A stretch of DNA of 64,000 bases from Bacteroidales bacterium (GTDB lineage: Bacteria; Bacteroidota; Bacteroidia; Bacteroidales; WRLA01): assembly GCA_963676415.1 (NCBI GenBank), contig OY781097.1, positions 1,282,497 through 1,346,496 of the forward strand. Reading direction: 5' to 3'. Below, piece after piece: positions 18,969 through 29,482 of this stretch. Numbering within the stretch: the stretch's first letter is position 1; each line of letters opens with the position of its first letter. The position numbers were made by a program, and so were the translations under genes. The notes beneath the pieces are model-generated. The model was given only the letters and a program-made list of their open reading frames with translations. It was not told the origin of the DNA and ran no database searches.

Positions 18969-21239
18969 TTATTTAACAAGCAGTTTTTTCACAGCACTTT
19001 GCCCTTCGCCTGCAAAACGGAGCATATAAACTCCTTGTGCATAATCACTAAGGTCGAGTTTTAGTTGTTTGTTGCCTGTAGTATGATAGGCAACAATACG
19101 GCCTGTATTGTCCATTATGCTGATTTCCAGATTTCCATTTCCTTCCGGTAGTTCTATAGTCAATTCGTTTTGCACAGGATTAGGATACATTTTGATGGCG
19201 CCGGCAAATACTTCATTGATGCCGATGCTGTTGTAAACATTGATATAGTCTTCCATCTCTTTCGTAACCTCTTCTGTTCCGTTTCCTACTGTCAGAGACA
19301 CATCATATTTGCCAATATCACTGTAGGTAACTGTGGGGTTTTGTTCGTTTGATGTAGCCGGATCGCCACCTTCAAATTCCCATGCCCATGTAATTGCTCC
19401 ACCTGTTGAAAGGTCGGTAAATTCTGTCGCGTCGCTGAAGTTCAAGTCAATAACGGTTGCGCTGGCTTTAAAATTAGGCACTAATGGTTCAGGTCCTGCC
19501 TGGATGGTGAAATCATCATCAGTAAAGGAGAAATCCTGAATATAATAGAACTGAACAGGATCGCCCGGATCGCCAACGGTCATATCCTCATAGGTTATCG
19601 GAAGGGTGTAAACACCATCTTCGTCAATCACATAACGGCTCATTGTGGCAAAATATGCCTGCCACATTGCTGCTGAACCAAAAGTGGCGTTTGTAGGAAG
19701 GTCTGCACCATCTAATCCGGCGGTGAGTTTGTTTGCTATTGGATCAAATCCTCGTACCCATACATCGGGGCTGGTGTTTTCGTCAGGGTCCACCTCAGGA
19801 TCGGTATCAACCCAACTAAAAAACACCTTGGTTCCATCCCAGTTGGTTGCATTGCACACACGGCTGTCTTCTGGATAGCTGTCGTTTCCTCCGGCTACAC
19901 CGTATTCGCCGCGCATAATTTCAGGACGGCCCAGCTCCACGCCCCTCCATGTTTCGCCACCATCAGGCGACCAAATATCAAATATAGCATACCAGGGGTG
20001 TCCAGAAAGGATGGAGTAATCATCGCTGCCCTGAACACCAATACCTACTGCAATGTGCGGGTTTCCATTGGCATCAACAACAAGGTCGCAATCAAAAGCG
20101 GTAGTAAAAGGAATTTCATCGCGAGCCGGATCCGGATCAACAAATAAGCTGTCGATTTCTGCATCCGACATATAATTCAGTACGCCGTCAATACCATCAG
20201 GGCCATCGAGCTGAACATTGATAACTTCGCTCCATGTTTGGCCACCGTCTTCTGTTTTCCAAAGCATTGGATAATAGCTTTTCTGATCCTCATAAACCAG
20301 CTCGTTTTCTCCATTATTGCCCAGCATCACTATATATCCAGTTTGACCATCAGGCCCAAATGCTGCCCTGATACAGGCCGGACGGAAAACAACGTCAACA
20401 TCAATAATAGGCGCGTCCAGCAAGCTTTTTTCATAAACAATATCCTGCTCCTCTTCACTCCAGGTTCCCCTGTTCAGGATAAGGTTCTGATAATAAACGG
20501 GCTCTTCATTATAATTGATATCAACAGTAAGAAGTGCGTTGCCACGGGCATAAGCGTATCCTTGAGGCAGGTACTGGTGGTATTCACCTTCGCTGGGGCG
20601 CAGGTTTTTGGTAGTATCAACATTGGAAGCAGCACCAATTTTTTGAACACCAAAGCTATAACCGCCCCATTCAGCTCCACCTGCTGCATTAGAACCGTCA
20701 AGGTTGGGCGCAAAGAAAGCCATGTAAGCTTTTGTTGGATCAGTATTGCCAGCCGGATTCCAGATAGCAGCTTGCGGGTAACGGGCCGCATCGGCGAAAT
20801 ACTGCCCTGATGGTTCTGTTGCTACATAGCACTCAACCATATTATTCCAGATCATACCGCCATCGGTGGAGATATCATAACCCATATCGCCACTGTAACC
20901 ACCTGGATCAAGCTCGCCGCCCATACGGTGGAAGTTGGTAACTGTATTCAGGTCGCCATCGTACCATACAATGGTTCTTTGTCCGCCACTATATCCGTAA
21001 CTATAGGCATTGGCCGAACTCCCGATACTTATAACCGAAACGGCATTGGGAGCCAGGTTTTGGTTTTTGAGCGGTTGTGCATGTGTTGCAGAACCATAAT
21101 TAACAGGCTCGGCAGAAACAAATTCTTTATAGGTTGCTTTTTGTGATTTTAGTCCGGGACGCAGTTTGGGTGCCTGCGACTGAGCAAAAAGCGACATTCC
21201 CATCAGGGAAACAAAAATCAGGGTAAATAATTTTTTCAT
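18969..21239 (-). CDS. Secreted acidic protein with BNR/Asp-box motifs, a PKD domain and a T9SS type A sorting domain
   Basis: Signal peptide; STDGGMIW, TEDGGQTW and SPDGGETW Asp-boxes; PKD FTDLSTGGAITWAWEFEGG; C-terminal MYPNPVQNEL...GVYMLR...KKLLVK. Confidence 0.88.
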   Translation of the reverse strand: MKKLFTLIFVSLMGMSLFAQSQAPKLRPGLKSQKATYKEFVSAEPVNYGSATHAQPLKNQNLAPNAVSVISIGSSANAYSYGYSGGQRTIVWYDGDLNTVTNFHRMGGELDPGGYSGDMGYDISTDGGMIWNNMVECYVATEPSGQYFADAARYPQAAIWNPAGNTDPTKAYMAFFAPNLDGSNAAGGAEWGGYSFGVQKIGAASNVDTTKNLRPSEGEYHQYLPQGYAYARGNALLTVDINYNEEPVYYQNLILNRGTWSEEEQDIVYEKSLLDAPIIDVDVVFRPACIRAAFGPDGQTGYIVMLGNNGENELVYEDQKSYYPMLWKTEDGGQTWSEVINVQLDGPDGIDGVLNYMSDAEIDSLFVDPDPARDEIPFTTAFDCDLVVDANGNPHIAVGIGVQGSDDYSILSGHPWYAIFDIWSPDGGETWRGVELGRPEIMRGEYGVAGGNDSYPEDSRVCNATNWDGTKVFFSWVDTDPEVDPDENTSPDVWVRGFDPIANKLTAGLDGADLPTNATFGSAAMWQAYFATMSRYVIDEDGVYTLPITYEDMTVGDPGDPVQFYYIQDFSFTDDDFTIQAGPEPLVPNFKASATVIDLNFSDATEFTDLSTGGAITWAWEFEGGDPATSNEQNPTVTYSDIGKYDVSLTVGNGTEEVTKEMEDYINVYNSIGINEVFAGAIKMYPNPVQNELTIELPEGNGNLEISIMDNTGRIVAYHTTGNKQLKLDLSDYAQGVYMLRFAGEGQSAVKKLLVK

Positions 21240-21528
21240 AAGTCTTGCATTTAAATGTTTTTACGTTTTTTTATGAAGCCGTTAATTGTGTTTGACTATA
21301 TCCAAAAAAAATTTTCTGACGAAATTCCTGATTTAGTTTGTACAGATCAAGTATTTTCGACCTTCGTTCTTTTGTTTTAGATAAACAGCACCACAAGTTG
21401 TATAAAAAGCATTGGTAGAAAAAATCCGTACGTTTATAGAAAAAAACCATGCTTTTGAAGAAAACAAAGATGGTCTTCCTGCAATTAAGCATGCAAAGCC
21501 TATATTTGCAGTGAGGAGATACACAAGG

Positions 21529-22590
21529 ATGCAAGTACTTATTAAAGAACAAAAAACCGGTCGCAGGCTGCTGCAACACACAATTTTCTGGATTGTTTTA
21601 CTGCTGTTTAATGTGTCGCGTTTCCAGCGAAGTTTTGTAGGCTACAGCTTTGGGCTTTTTAAAGAAAACCTGATAACTGAACTGCTCGAATTGCCCATTT
21701 TGATGATGGCCGGTTATTTCACGGCCTACTACTTGCTGGAGCATTATTTTATTCCACGCAAATATTTTAGCTTTTTTTCACTACTGCTCCTTTCGTCTTT
21801 GGTTTTTGCCATCATAATGAGGATACACATAATTTATATTGAAGTGCCCCTTTTGTATCCAGAGATGGGGAAAGACAGCCTAAATTTCTTCCATTTCAAT
21901 ATTATCCAATATGTATTCTACATATATTCGGCAGCAGGAATCCTGTTTATGTTGCGTTTGGTGAAACATTTGTACCAGGTACAAGAGGCTAAAAGACGTG
22001 CCGATGAGGAAAAGACAAAAAGCGAGCTTGCACTTCTGAGGGCTCAGGTTAACCCACATTTTCTGTTCAACACATTAAACAACATACACAGTCAAATCCG
22101 GCAAGACGCTGATGCGGCTTCCAAAGCAGTAATCAAATTATCAGACATCATGCGCTTTATGTTTGAAGATGCCCGAAATGAACGTATTCCGCTTTCGCGC
22201 GAGGCCAGTCATATCCGCGATTATATTGATTTGCAAAAACTGAGGTTAAACCGCCCTGATATTGTTGATTTTCAAACTTCAGGACCGCTTTCTTCTGCTT
22301 TGGTCCCGCCCTTGCTGATGGTGCCTTTTGTTGAAAACGCCTTTAAGCACGGACATAAAAATCCGGATGTACAAGGAATTTATATCCGCTTGGAATTGAA
22401 TAAAAATGAAATAATATTCGAATGCAAAAATCAGATAAAAGACGGCAGCAGTACCATTGAAAAACATGGGAATGGCTTTGGAATAATGAATGTCCGCAAA
22501 AGGCTGGCCCTGATATACCGCGAAAAATATTCTATAAGCATACGAGAAGAAAATCAAATTTTTACAGTACTTTTAAGAATTCAAAGATAA
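21529..22590 (+). CDS. LytS/YehU-type sensor histidine kinase
   Basis: N-terminal TM segments; LRAQVNPHFLFNTLNNI, PFVENAFKHG and GFGIMNVRKRL motifs; TATATTTG box at 21501-21508. Confidence 0.93.
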   Translation: MQVLIKEQKTGRRLLQHTIFWIVLLLFNVSRFQRSFVGYSFGLFKENLITELLELPILMMAGYFTAYYLLEHYFIPRKYFSFFSLLLLSSLVFAIIMRIHIIYIEVPLLYPEMGKDSLNFFHFNIIQYVFYIYSAAGILFMLRLVKHLYQVQEAKRRADEEKTKSELALLRAQVNPHFLFNTLNNIHSQIRQDADAASKAVIKLSDIMRFMFEDARNERIPLSREASHIRDYIDLQKLRLNRPDIVDFQTSGPLSSALVPPLLMVPFVENAFKHGHKNPDVQGIYIRLELNKNEIIFECKNQIKDGSSTIEKHGNGFGIMNVRKRLALIYREKYSISIREENQIFTVLLRIQR

Positions 22591-22610
22591 TATGCTGCTT
22601 TAATCAACCC

Positions 22611-23336
22611 ATGAAACAAATTGACTGCATAGCGATTGATGATGAACCTCTTGCACTGGAGCAAATGCGCAATTATATTTCAAAAGTGCCCTATCTGAAC
22701 CTGCTGGATACTTTTACAGGCGGTTTGGATGCGCTCAGCTTCATGCAGGGACATCATATTGACCTGATTTTTCTGGACATTCAAATGGATGATATCAGCG
22801 GGATACAGCTTTTGGAGAGCCTGCCCTATAAGCCAAAGGTAATACTTACAACCGCATACGGGGAATTTGCGCTCAAAGCCTATGACCTGAATGTGGCTGA
22901 TTACCTGCTCAAACCGATTTCTTTCGAACGTTTCCTCAAAGCGGTGAACCATTGCTGTGGCGATTTGAACAAAGTCAGGCCGGCAGACCCGTCCCCTGCT
23001 CCACAGGCAGAACAGGATGATTATATTTTCGTTCGTGCAGAACATAAAATCATTAAAATTTCCTTTGCAGATATCCTTTATGTGGAAGGGCTGAAAGACT
23101 ACCTACGTATTGTATGCCGCAACCGCAAAGTAATCACACATATGAGTTTCAGTAGTTTGGGAAAAGTTTTACCTGAAGGTAATTTTATCCGTATTCATAA
23201 ATCATTCCTGGTTTCCCTGAGCGGCATCGACAGCATCGGGCGAAATGCCGTATTTATTGGCGACCAAAGCATTCCGATAGGAGTTTATTACAAAAAGGCT
23301 TTTTTTGATTTGATTTCCAGCAAGGGGATTTTATAG
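22611..23336 (+). CDS. LytTR family response regulator
   Basis: IDDEPLA, FLDIQM and DYLLKP motifs; LytTR domain YVEGLKDY and FIRIHKSF. Confidence 0.95.
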   Translation: MKQIDCIAIDDEPLALEQMRNYISKVPYLNLLDTFTGGLDALSFMQGHHIDLIFLDIQMDDISGIQLLESLPYKPKVILTTAYGEFALKAYDLNVADYLLKPISFERFLKAVNHCCGDLNKVRPADPSPAPQAEQDDYIFVRAEHKIIKISFADILYVEGLKDYLRIVCRNRKVITHMSFSSLGKVLPEGNFIRIHKSFLVSLSGIDSIGRNAVFIGDQSIPIGVYYKKAFFDLISSKGIL

Positions 23337-23360
23337 GAGCCGCTGCCCCACTTTTAAAAA

Positions 23361-23399
23361 TAAGAAGGAGATACCTGATCAACAGATACCTCCTTCTTA
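23361..23399. terminator. Hairpin between convergent genes
   Basis: 10-bp stem TAAGAAGGAG/CTCCTTCTTA. Confidence 0.5.
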
Positions 23400-23472
23400 G
23401 AATGTAAAACTTGCCATTTGAACAAATTTTACTAAGAAAACATTTTTCCTTCAAGAAAAAACACCTAAGAAA

Positions 23473-23661
23473 TTATTGGTTTTCGCCAAAGGGGGATCGG
23501 TTTGTGACCGTTCCGTCGGGCATTTCGTAGTATATTTTTCCATTTCGGGAATAAACCAGGGGCACCCCCAGTTTCTTGTTTTCAGCTTTGACCTTATTAA
23601 TGGCTCTTTGCCCGATTTCAGAGATTTCGCTACCGATCCGGTAGAGCTCAAGGTCATTCAT
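23473..23661 (-). CDS. Small hypothetical protein, probable partner of the upstream zeta-like ATPase
   Basis: MNDLELY...IGQRAINKVKAENKKLGVPLVYSRNGKIYYEMPDG; starts 20 nt after the ATPase stop. Confidence 0.65.
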   Translation of the reverse strand: MNDLELYRIGSEISEIGQRAINKVKAENKKLGVPLVYSRNGKIYYEMPDGTVTNRSPFGENQ

Positions 23662-23680
23662 CCAATCAACTTTCATACCT

Positions 23681-24265
23681 CTATTTTTCAAGATAACCCT
23701 CAAAGATAACAAAAAATTCTTCTTGGGTGATCACATAATCGTCTTTTCTTCCAAATGCTATTTCCGTAAAATGATCATCGGAGTTAAAATACAAAAACCA
23801 ACTGTCCACCAAATATTTATAATCATACCAGAAGTTGTCCCTGCTGCGATAAAACCGTCGCACAACCGCCTCATCAGGAACATGATGCCCTCCTTTGGAA
23901 ACCCGCTCCTTGATCCTTTCCAGGCAGTGACCTGGATGTTCAAGAAACACATAAAACATGGTAATCCGGTAACCTGCTGCACGGAATTCAGGGATCAACC
24001 TTTTGATGTATTTGCCGCTCAAAGTGCTTTCGATCAAAATGCTCTGACCATCTTCCAAAGCCTCGCGAACCCTTTGAAAAAAGATCTTCCCGGCTGTTAG
24101 CTGCACTTTCTTCGGATCGGACGGGTTAAGCTGGTGGGCAATCTCATCAGTATTTATAAAAACATAGGGATGACGCTCCAAAAAAGCCTTGGCAAAAGTC
24201 GTTTTACCTGAACCATTGGCGCCACCCGTGATGAATATATGCTTTTGGATTTTCTTTATCTCCAC
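23681..24265 (-). CDS. Zeta-toxin-like P-loop kinase/ATPase
   Basis: Walker A GGANGSGKTT; FINTDEIA, ESTLSG and RVSKGGHHVP motifs; GTG start 4 nt after a TACCTTTG box. Confidence 0.85.
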   Translation of the reverse strand: MEIKKIQKHIFITGGANGSGKTTFAKAFLERHPYVFINTDEIAHQLNPSDPKKVQLTAGKIFFQRVREALEDGQSILIESTLSGKYIKRLIPEFRAAGYRITMFYVFLEHPGHCLERIKERVSKGGHHVPDEAVVRRFYRSRDNFWYDYKYLVDSWFLYFNSDDHFTEIAFGRKDDYVITQEEFFVIFEGYLEK

Positions 24266-24301
24266 GCGGCAAAGGTATGAAAAAGACGGTCAGCTCGTTT
24301 T

Positions 24302-26728
24302 TTATTGGTTCATCGGGAACACAATACTGATTTTAAAAGCAAAGTTATCCATTGTTTCATCAAAGCTGTAGGGGCCATAGCGGTAAAATGCGCCCAACCC
24401 CAGATTATACATCTTCAGGTCGAGGAGGTTGTTGATCAACAAACCGGATTCGTAATAGCCTTTGTCCATGGTATTCACGCTTACGCCCTTGTGGTTGCTC
24501 AGAAGCTGTCCGTCCAAATCGCCCCAGCCTATATTTGTGGCAATCAGGAATTCCGGTTCAAAACCATTGGTACGCAGCAGCAATTTTCCAAAATTATGCG
24601 TGAAATAGAGCGCAGCATAACGGCTCGATACAAACTCGTTCATGCGCATGGTGGCAAAACTGTTGGGCGCAAAAAGAGTGAATGAACGATAGCTTCCGTT
24701 GCCGTTAAAAAGCTTGCTGTAGGGAACTTCGCTGTCGATATAGCCGGCACGGACAACAAAACTGCTTTTTCCGAGATATTTGATAAAGAACGACTTCCGG
24801 AGCTGAAGCTCGAATTTATTGTAATCATAGCCTCCGTCCAGCACATCATCCAGCCCACGGCTGTAATTGAACCATAGCACAGGAAATTTTGTGCCCATAC
24901 TGACCAATCCGCGTGTGGTGGATATAAATTTCTCGCGGAAAGCATAGCGGAAGCCCAGATTAAGTTCCGTAAAATCAAATTTATTGACCCATTGATTTTC
25001 AGCTGTATTGAAATAAGCATAATCGTACATGGGTTCCTGGTTTTGCATGCGCAATCCTGCTTCGGCCTGCATATAGCGCAATGTGCGGAATGTGAATGCG
25101 CCATAAGCTTCACGCTTGAGATCGAAACGTTTCAGGAGAAATTCGCGCAGATAGGAATCATCAAAAAAGTTCTGCTTTGAGAAAGGAAATTCAGCACCTC
25201 CCGTTTCCGAAAGGTCGTAGCGGTAGTGGCCTTTAAGCTTAACCTGATGTCGTTTATGAAGGAGCACTTCGGCATTGCCACCATATTTCCACCGCGAATC
25301 TTTTAGTCCGTAAGCGGCATAGCCTCCAAAGCTGAAATGCTGCGAAAACTCACGGTTGGTTTGTAAAGCCATTCCCAAACGGAGCCCTTCATATTCATTA
25401 TAGCCAATCATTTTTTGCAGCGGAATATCAAATTTTCCCCATTTGATATTGCCACGGAAGAGGCTTTCGAATGTAGTCGCAATTTTATCAAAATCCTCTG
25501 CTTTTCCCAAACTGTCCATAAACTCATAAGTCCGTTCTTCTTTTGCATTGAGGCTGTCGTTGCGCTTTGCATCCCAATAGGCTTTGTCTTTGTGTATGGC
25601 ATCGGGCGCCACTTCCACTTCAATGTGGCTGAACATGGATTTGACCAGCTCCGGGTTCAGAACGATATCCTTGAGGTAGGAACGTCCTTCGCCCAAAATT
25701 TTATAACTGCCGTTTACATCCAGGTTATTAAAATAAATATCGGTATTGAGCTGCACAGGAAACCAGCGCTTGCCGTTGATGCGTTCATACATTTGCTGTA
25801 TGTTGATGCTGATACCGCTTTTGTCGTTAAACGGCATGGCGCGCACGTTTTGTATGGCCCAACCGTCATCGTTTATGGATAGGACACCCTGCATCCCATC
25901 AAAATTTTTGCCTTTTCGTGGCTTAAAGCTGATGATGAAAACCGAATCATTTTGCTCGGTATAAGTCGTGTCTTCAATGGAGAAAAAATATTTTGACGTA
26001 CTGCCCTTGCTGATGGGGTTTACGTAGTTTTTGTCGGCAATATGGATAATCTCTTCATAGAAGGAAGTGGATTGCATCTGGCTGAGCAGGAATACAAAAA
26101 TAGGGTCTTTAAAACCGCTTACCCTTGTGGCCGTGACATTTTCATAGTTTCTGTCCGGTGCCATAAATTTGCGTTCCGTCACATTTTCCATCATGAAGAT
26201 TTCCTGCTTGCTGATAAATTCCCGCAAATGGATATGGCCCGAATCCACATCCAGGCTGTCCGGTTTTTTGTATTCCGAGGTGTCGATACGCAGCACAAAT
26301 TTATCATATGCCGTATAGCTAAAGGTATTGAGTTTTTTTGGGTCGTTGGCATCGCGATTTGCCACAGCATTGCGGATGATGCGGTGCGCAGGGTTTTCCC
26401 CGGCTTCGATCAGCACCTCTTCCAGTTCAAATTCTTTGGGCTCAAGATAAATGTTCAGCTTCTTGCGGCCTTCAGGCATAATCGTTTTTGGTTCATAGCC
26501 CACATAGCTCAGCTTTAGCTTCTCGATGGGAGATGCCGAGCGGAAAGAAAATTTGCCGTCAATATCACTGGTGCCGCCATGCGGACTGTCGTTAATGACG
26601 ATATTGACGAATGCAAGAGGCTCCAGCGTTTCTTTATCATAAACAAAGCCTTCGACCTGATGCTGGGCAAAAGCCGGGATGCAGAATAATAAGATTAATC
26701 CTGCTAAGAGAAAAGAACGGATATTCAT
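24302..26728 (-). CDS. Outer-membrane protein with CarboxypepD_reg-like N-domain and DUF5686-like domain
   Basis: Signal peptide; GFVYDKETLEPLAFVNI...SYVGY; ENPAHRIIR; YNEYEGLRLG; barrel-like C-terminus. Confidence 0.8.
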   Translation of the reverse strand: MNIRSFLLAGLILLFCIPAFAQHQVEGFVYDKETLEPLAFVNIVINDSPHGGTSDIDGKFSFRSASPIEKLKLSYVGYEPKTIMPEGRKKLNIYLEPKEFELEEVLIEAGENPAHRIIRNAVANRDANDPKKLNTFSYTAYDKFVLRIDTSEYKKPDSLDVDSGHIHLREFISKQEIFMMENVTERKFMAPDRNYENVTATRVSGFKDPIFVFLLSQMQSTSFYEEIIHIADKNYVNPISKGSTSKYFFSIEDTTYTEQNDSVFIISFKPRKGKNFDGMQGVLSINDDGWAIQNVRAMPFNDKSGISINIQQMYERINGKRWFPVQLNTDIYFNNLDVNGSYKILGEGRSYLKDIVLNPELVKSMFSHIEVEVAPDAIHKDKAYWDAKRNDSLNAKEERTYEFMDSLGKAEDFDKIATTFESLFRGNIKWGKFDIPLQKMIGYNEYEGLRLGMALQTNREFSQHFSFGGYAAYGLKDSRWKYGGNAEVLLHKRHQVKLKGHYRYDLSETGGAEFPFSKQNFFDDSYLREFLLKRFDLKREAYGAFTFRTLRYMQAEAGLRMQNQEPMYDYAYFNTAENQWVNKFDFTELNLGFRYAFREKFISTTRGLVSMGTKFPVLWFNYSRGLDDVLDGGYDYNKFELQLRKSFFIKYLGKSSFVVRAGYIDSEVPYSKLFNGNGSYRSFTLFAPNSFATMRMNEFVSSRYAALYFTHNFGKLLLRTNGFEPEFLIATNIGWGDLDGQLLSNHKGVSVNTMDKGYYESGLLINNLLDLKMYNLGLGAFYRYGPYSFDETMDNFAFKISIVFPMNQ

Positions 26729-26762
26729 GGAATGGGGTTTTTATCGTCCTGAATGCTTTATT

Positions 26763-27461
26763 TTAAACAGCAAAGTATTCTTCCAGCTGTTTCAAAGTAT
26801 CTTCGGTTTTTATAATGTCGTGGGTTACTTTGCCTTCGCTCAGCACCACAATGCGGTTGCAGACTTCAGTAACATGTTTGAGGTCGTGACTGGAAACGAG
26901 CATGGTCATTTTTTCCTTCTCATTTAGCTCGATAAGCAGGTTTTTCAGTCGGATTTGTGTTGAAGGATCGAGGCCGTTAAAAGGTTCGTCCAGCACCAAA
27001 AGTTTGGTATCGCCCATAAATGCGGCAGCAATTCCGGTTTTCTGGCGGTTTCCCATCGAAAGGTCGCGAATGTACTTTTTCTTGCCTATGATTTCGCCAT
27101 TAAAAAACTCTTCGAAATCCTTCAGGAACGCATCCAGATCGCCTTTGGACAAGCCTTTGATTTTGGCTGTAAAACCGAAGAATTCTTCGGGAGTAAGGAA
27201 ATCAATAAGGAAGCCTTTATCGAGATAGCTGCCGGTAAATTCTTTCCAGTGTTCGCTGCCTGCCACTTTTTGGCCCATCAGCTGCACTTCACCGCTGTCG
27301 GCACGGATCAAATCGAGGATAAGGCGGAAAAAAGTTGTTTTTCCTGCACCATTGTTGCCTACCAGCCCAAAACTTTGTCCTTCGGGGATCTCCAGGTTGG
27401 GGATATCGAGAACCGTAACACTATTATATACTTTCCTGAGGTTGATTGCTTGTAACATCAT
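26763..27461 (-). CDS. ABC transporter ATP-binding protein
   Basis: GNNGAGKTT, LSMGNRQK, LVLDEP and SSH motifs. Confidence 0.95.
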   Translation of the reverse strand: MMLQAINLRKVYNSVTVLDIPNLEIPEGQSFGLVGNNGAGKTTFFRLILDLIRADSGEVQLMGQKVAGSEHWKEFTGSYLDKGFLIDFLTPEEFFGFTAKIKGLSKGDLDAFLKDFEEFFNGEIIGKKKYIRDLSMGNRQKTGIAAAFMGDTKLLVLDEPFNGLDPSTQIRLKNLLIELNEKEKMTMLVSSHDLKHVTEVCNRIVVLSEGKVTHDIIKTEDTLKQLEEYFAV

Positions 27462-27491
27462 TTTATATTGGTTTTTTATTTTGCAAATAAT

Positions 27492-28979
27492 TTAGTTGTT
27501 CCTGAAACTGTCCGCCATGATATACCTTCGCGAAACCAGCTGCTTTTCTATTAAGCCAAGTAATGGCTTATTGAGCAGCAGCGCAATGATACCGAGAATG
27601 CCGATAAACATCATACCGGCATAGGGATATCCCGCTAAGCTAAAGGGCGTATAAATAATTACCGGCAACAAAAAAGCAGGAACCATCGCCAGCCAGTTTG
27701 CCGCACCAACTCCCTGATAATTAAATGCTGCCCCTTTGGCCAAATCCATGCGTTTTTTATTGTAGGTAGCCATATAAAGCAGCACAACCGACAGGAAACC
27801 GATATTGAACAGCCAGGTCATGGCATTGATCAAAAGTACATGCCAGCCAAAATACACATAAGGTATGGTAATGATAAAGCAGAAAGTGCTTAAAATCATT
27901 CCGATATAAAGTTTAACTTTCAGATAATCACGCAATTTGATGCGGCTCGAAAGGATGTAATCGAAATAATTGCTTTCGTAGCCAAAGCTGTAGTTCAGGT
28001 AATTGATCATCAACCCGCCGGACATAAAAATACCGACAAAAATCAGGAAGCCCCACATGTTTTCATATTGGGGGTTTGGATAGAAAATAAGTCCGTAGAG
28101 CACAAAAAGCGGCATCATATACAACATGCTTTTGGTGCGTTTATGGCGTAGCCAGAGTTTCATTTCCAGACCAATAATCGTTCCGGTCAGGCCCAATTCC
28201 TGCAGGTAACGCATTTCACTGATATTTTCTACTTTGTCTTTTTTCTTGCGAACAAGCTCTTCAGGATACATACTGCGGCGCAGGAAGGCGTAATTGAGCC
28301 GATAACTGATTATCGCCAAAGCAAAGATGGCCAATATGCTGTATGGGTCTTTCAAAATAAAGGCAAATAAATTCGTGCTCACCGCGGATAAGGAGAAGAG
28401 TTCAAAGTAATCAGCAACAAAAACGGCAAGCAGGATGCCGGCGGCCCAGGCAACGATGGATGTTTTGCCTACCAATTGGCGTTTGATCCATGTGGCCAGG
28501 AGGTTATTGTTGAAAATCAGTATCAGTATGCTGAGCAAATAGATCCAGATGTTGGTGTTGCTGTAATCGGCCGGCAGTACTTTAAAAGCAAAAGGCACAA
28601 AAACCAGCAGCGGAAGGAAGTTGAGCAGGCTGGTAAAGGATCGTATAATGAGGAAATGTACCAGAAAACTCTTTTTTACAGGCAAGTGCAGGAATGATTC
28701 CACAGCGAATGTAGGCAGGCTCTGCATCATATACCGGAAAAATAAATCAAAACCAAAATAGTAGAGCAAGGCCCCATTAAAAACATCCACCGGATTGCGC
28801 CCGGGAAACAGTTCCAAAAGGATTTTATCGATAAAAAGGCCAAATGCCAACAGATATAAAAAAAGGATGAAAACAATGAAGCCAATCAGGATATTAGTAG
28901 CAACATTTTTTTGCCAGAAAGTGGAGCGCATGGATTCTTTCCAGCTGAGTTGAATAAATTGTCTAATCATTTGATTCAA
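27492..28979 (-). CDS. DUF5687-like ABC permease
   Basis: About 12 TM segments; EMKLWLRHKRTK; lies directly upstream of the ABC ATPase. Confidence 0.75.
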   Translation of the reverse strand: MNQMIRQFIQLSWKESMRSTFWQKNVATNILIGFIVFILFLYLLAFGLFIDKILLELFPGRNPVDVFNGALLYYFGFDLFFRYMMQSLPTFAVESFLHLPVKKSFLVHFLIIRSFTSLLNFLPLLVFVPFAFKVLPADYSNTNIWIYLLSILILIFNNNLLATWIKRQLVGKTSIVAWAAGILLAVFVADYFELFSLSAVSTNLFAFILKDPYSILAIFALAIISYRLNYAFLRRSMYPEELVRKKKDKVENISEMRYLQELGLTGTIIGLEMKLWLRHKRTKSMLYMMPLFVLYGLIFYPNPQYENMWGFLIFVGIFMSGGLMINYLNYSFGYESNYFDYILSSRIKLRDYLKVKLYIGMILSTFCFIITIPYVYFGWHVLLINAMTWLFNIGFLSVVLLYMATYNKKRMDLAKGAAFNYQGVGAANWLAMVPAFLLPVIIYTPFSLAGYPYAGMMFIGILGIIALLLNKPLLGLIEKQLVSRRYIMADSFRNN

Positions 28980-29092
28980 TTTTTGCGCAATTTAAGCAAA
29001 AATCATGCAAAAAATTTAAACGCTTGACAATTTGCATATTAGGAAAAAAGGCTGTGAAAACTTAACCTCATGCTGTACGTTTTCGGACAGCC

Positions 29093-29419
29093 TTATTTTA
29101 GCTTGGGATTGTTCTTGTGCCGCCCGGCATCGCGCCTGGTTTTTTTCTCCAGGTTCTTGAGCAATGCTTCGTTCAGGTCAATACCGCATTGGTTGGCCAG
29201 GCAGATCAGCACGAAAAGCACATCGGCCATTTCATCGGCAAGGTTTACTTCTTCATCTGATTTTTTAAAAGACTGTTCGCCATAGCTGCGCGCCATGATA
29301 CGGGCCACCTCGCCCACTTCTTCCATGAGTATGGCCGTGTTGGTCAGTTCATTGAAATATCGGATACCGGTGGTGTTGATCCATTCATCCACTATTTTTT
29401 GTGCTTCTTCTATGCTCAT
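29093..29419 (-). CDS. MazG-like nucleotide pyrophosphohydrolase
   Basis: EEVGEVAR and DEMADVLFVLICLANQ motifs. Confidence 0.9.
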   Translation of the reverse strand: MSIEEAQKIVDEWINTTGIRYFNELTNTAILMEEVGEVARIMARSYGEQSFKKSDEEVNLADEMADVLFVLICLANQCGIDLNEALLKNLEKKTRRDAGRHKNNPKLK

Positions 29420-29482
29420 TTTATTTTTCGTTTGGACTACAAAAATTAGTATTTTAGACCTCAATTCCAAACACAAGCCATC

